From: the human T2T-CHM13v2.0 reference genome, Homo sapiens
Strand: one strand, 5' to 3'
NCBI RefSeq assembly: GCF_009914755.1
Contig: NC_060930.1
Length of the DNA stretch: 64,000 nt
Shown: positions 62,462 to 64,000 of the stretch, piece by piece
How the letters are laid out: every line of letters starts with the position of its first letter
How positions within the stretch are numbered: position 1 is the stretch's first letter
Notes under the pieces: model-generated
Seen by the model: only the letters and a program-made list of their open reading frames with translations
Told to the model about the DNA's origin: nothing
The model's database searches: none
Position numbers and translations under genes: made by a program

Positions 62462-63892
62462 GATTTCCTTTAAGGCAGAGGCTGGTCGAGATGCTGCTGT
62501 TATCTTCTGCCTCAGACAGACAGTATAAGTGGTCTTGTTTCTAAGATTCCTACCACCAGTTACTTTGGGCCAAGTATCCACATCCCCTTGCGTATGGGAG
62601 GTGGGTGAAGAGTGTTGGATGCAAAGTGGTTATTATGGGAAGTAGCTCGATGGTAAAAGGACAAACACCTATCTATCTTAGAGCTTAAGCCTGTATGTGC
62701 TTATTCCCAAGGGAGATAGAGGTGTTTAATCACAAGGACAGCATGAGTTAGAGGACACTGGCATCAACAGCTGCCACAGCCGTGCACACCAGGGCCAGAG
62801 CAGCCCACTGACATCTGTCTTTGGTCTTGAGATCAAATGCATCCCATTCTTCATACATTAGAAGGTCGACCTCCTTGAAGCAGACCAAGTATAGCAAGCC
62901 TCTAAAAGGACTACTGAGAAACAGAATCAGAAACTCTAGAACTCTAGTTAGGGCCCTTCAGCAGGGCTGCAGAGCCTCCCTGGATACCCAGGCCTGGGAA
63001 AGCCTGTCTGGTCTTGTCACCCCAGGTGACAAATACAACTGGAATCTTTCAATGAGTTAATGAGATACTGAGAATGAGCCTCGTGGAATTTTCCATGCCT
63101 ACCCTTTCTAAGGAAGACATCCAACAGTTCATGTGGGCTCTGGCTTCGTGTTAACATGAGGAACTAAAGACATGTTTCACCCCGTGAGAAACAGAAGGAT
63201 CCCCTGAACAGTAACTGATTTGACAAGTATCGACACATAAAGTTATGGCATCAGCATTCTCTTACTCAGGCACGGTCAGAAGTAACGCTGCTTTCATCAC
63301 GGCTAACCTCTCACACTGAGAGAAGTATTCACAGCAACAGAAGCTCCAGCAGCGGCCGTGAAGGTATCTTCCAGAGGTGTGGGTTTTTGCATTTCAATCT
63401 GCTCCATGCTACGGACCAACACAGTATTGAGTCAACTGTGACCTTAAGATCAGAGGAACGTCAATACTGCCACAAGGCCACCTTTCCAGAACTCGTGGGC
63501 AGGTAAACTATGCTTTGGATGTGCTTTCTTTCACCAAAATCACTCAACTCAGGAGCCACAAATAGTCCAGCAATTTCATTTCCCTCAACGCTATTTTAGT
63601 CTCAAAGGAAACCATGTAAATTTCATCAAGAGAAGGTCAAAGGGGATATATCGCCACTGAAAATGTTTACACAGTGACCATGAGTTACACATTTACTTAG
63701 AGAAACTTAACTTAATAAAGAATCTGTAGAGTGTGTTGGCTTGGAAAACACACACACAAAGAAGATACCTCACGCTTAGTATGTTCTGCTTTCTGAACAG
63801 CCACCACTGGGAACCCAGTGGCCTCTGTGGGACTGAACTCCTAAACGCAGGGTGCGGGAGCTGGGCAGGAGAGGTGACCTCCAACTGTGTTC

Positions 63893-64000
63893 CTAAAGTT
63901 CGTCTTTCGCTTGGCTCAGGACAAAGCGGTGTAACGAGTCAAGGTCTCTGCCTCCACTGTGCTCACTGACTTTCTTCCCTCCTCGGAAAAGCAATAACGT
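63893..64000 (-). CDS. TXNDC5: TXNDC5 (ERp46/EndoPDI) last coding exon, partial (continues beyond the window)
   Basis: The reverse complement reads [35 protein letters not shown] then TAG: a thioredoxin-domain C-terminus with a KDEL ER-retention signal. TXNDC5 is the known convergent neighbour of BMP6. Not in the ORF track. Confidence 0.96.
   Translation of the reverse strand, partial: TLLLFRGGKKVSEHSGGRDLDSLHRFVLSQAKDEL

Larger units (their letters stand above)
61093..62478 (+). other. BMP6: BMP6 3' UTR (end approximate, set from the distal AATAAA)
   Basis: Follows the stop codon. Candidate poly(A) signals: AATAAA 61971-61976, ATTAAA 62072-62077 and 62145-62150, AATAAA 62456-62461. AU-rich segment about 62140-62290. 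Confidence 0.8.
62262..63892 (-). other. TXNDC5: TXNDC5 3' UTR (end approximate)
   Basis: Follows the TAG stop. Minus-strand AATAAA at 62282-62287 (plus strand tttatt), with a second at 62213-62218. Confidence 0.8.

Overview
Human (primate) genomic DNA rich in Alu, L1, L2, MIR, LTR and MER elements. The + strand carries the 3' part of BMP6: the end of intron 1, coding exons 2-7 (all GT-AG, splicing in frame into the prodomain, the RXXR furin site and the 7-Cys TGF-beta mature domain) and the 3' UTR. The - strand carries the last coding bases of TXNDC5 (ending ...AKDEL*) and its 3' UTR. Poly(A) signal positions indicate that the two convergent 3' UTRs overlap by about 200 bp. The most unusual item is a ~1.6 kb antisense block in BMP6 intron 4 (46988-48600, interrupted by an AluS). 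It has a poly(A) remnant, TSD-like flanks, a reconstructable signal peptide and colinear weak peptide matches to bornavirus glycoprotein G (possibly followed by matrix M). It is a candidate endogenous bornavirus-like element that still needs a profile search. Other items: a full-length AluYa5, a perfect NRF2 ARE in intron 2, a GATA-rich candidate enhancer with a 3x22-bp repeat, two frame-symmetric exons with weak acceptors, a stop-free exon 2-4 circle, and several short tandem duplications. Repeat subfamily names and protein comparisons come from recalled consensus sequences, not from searches.
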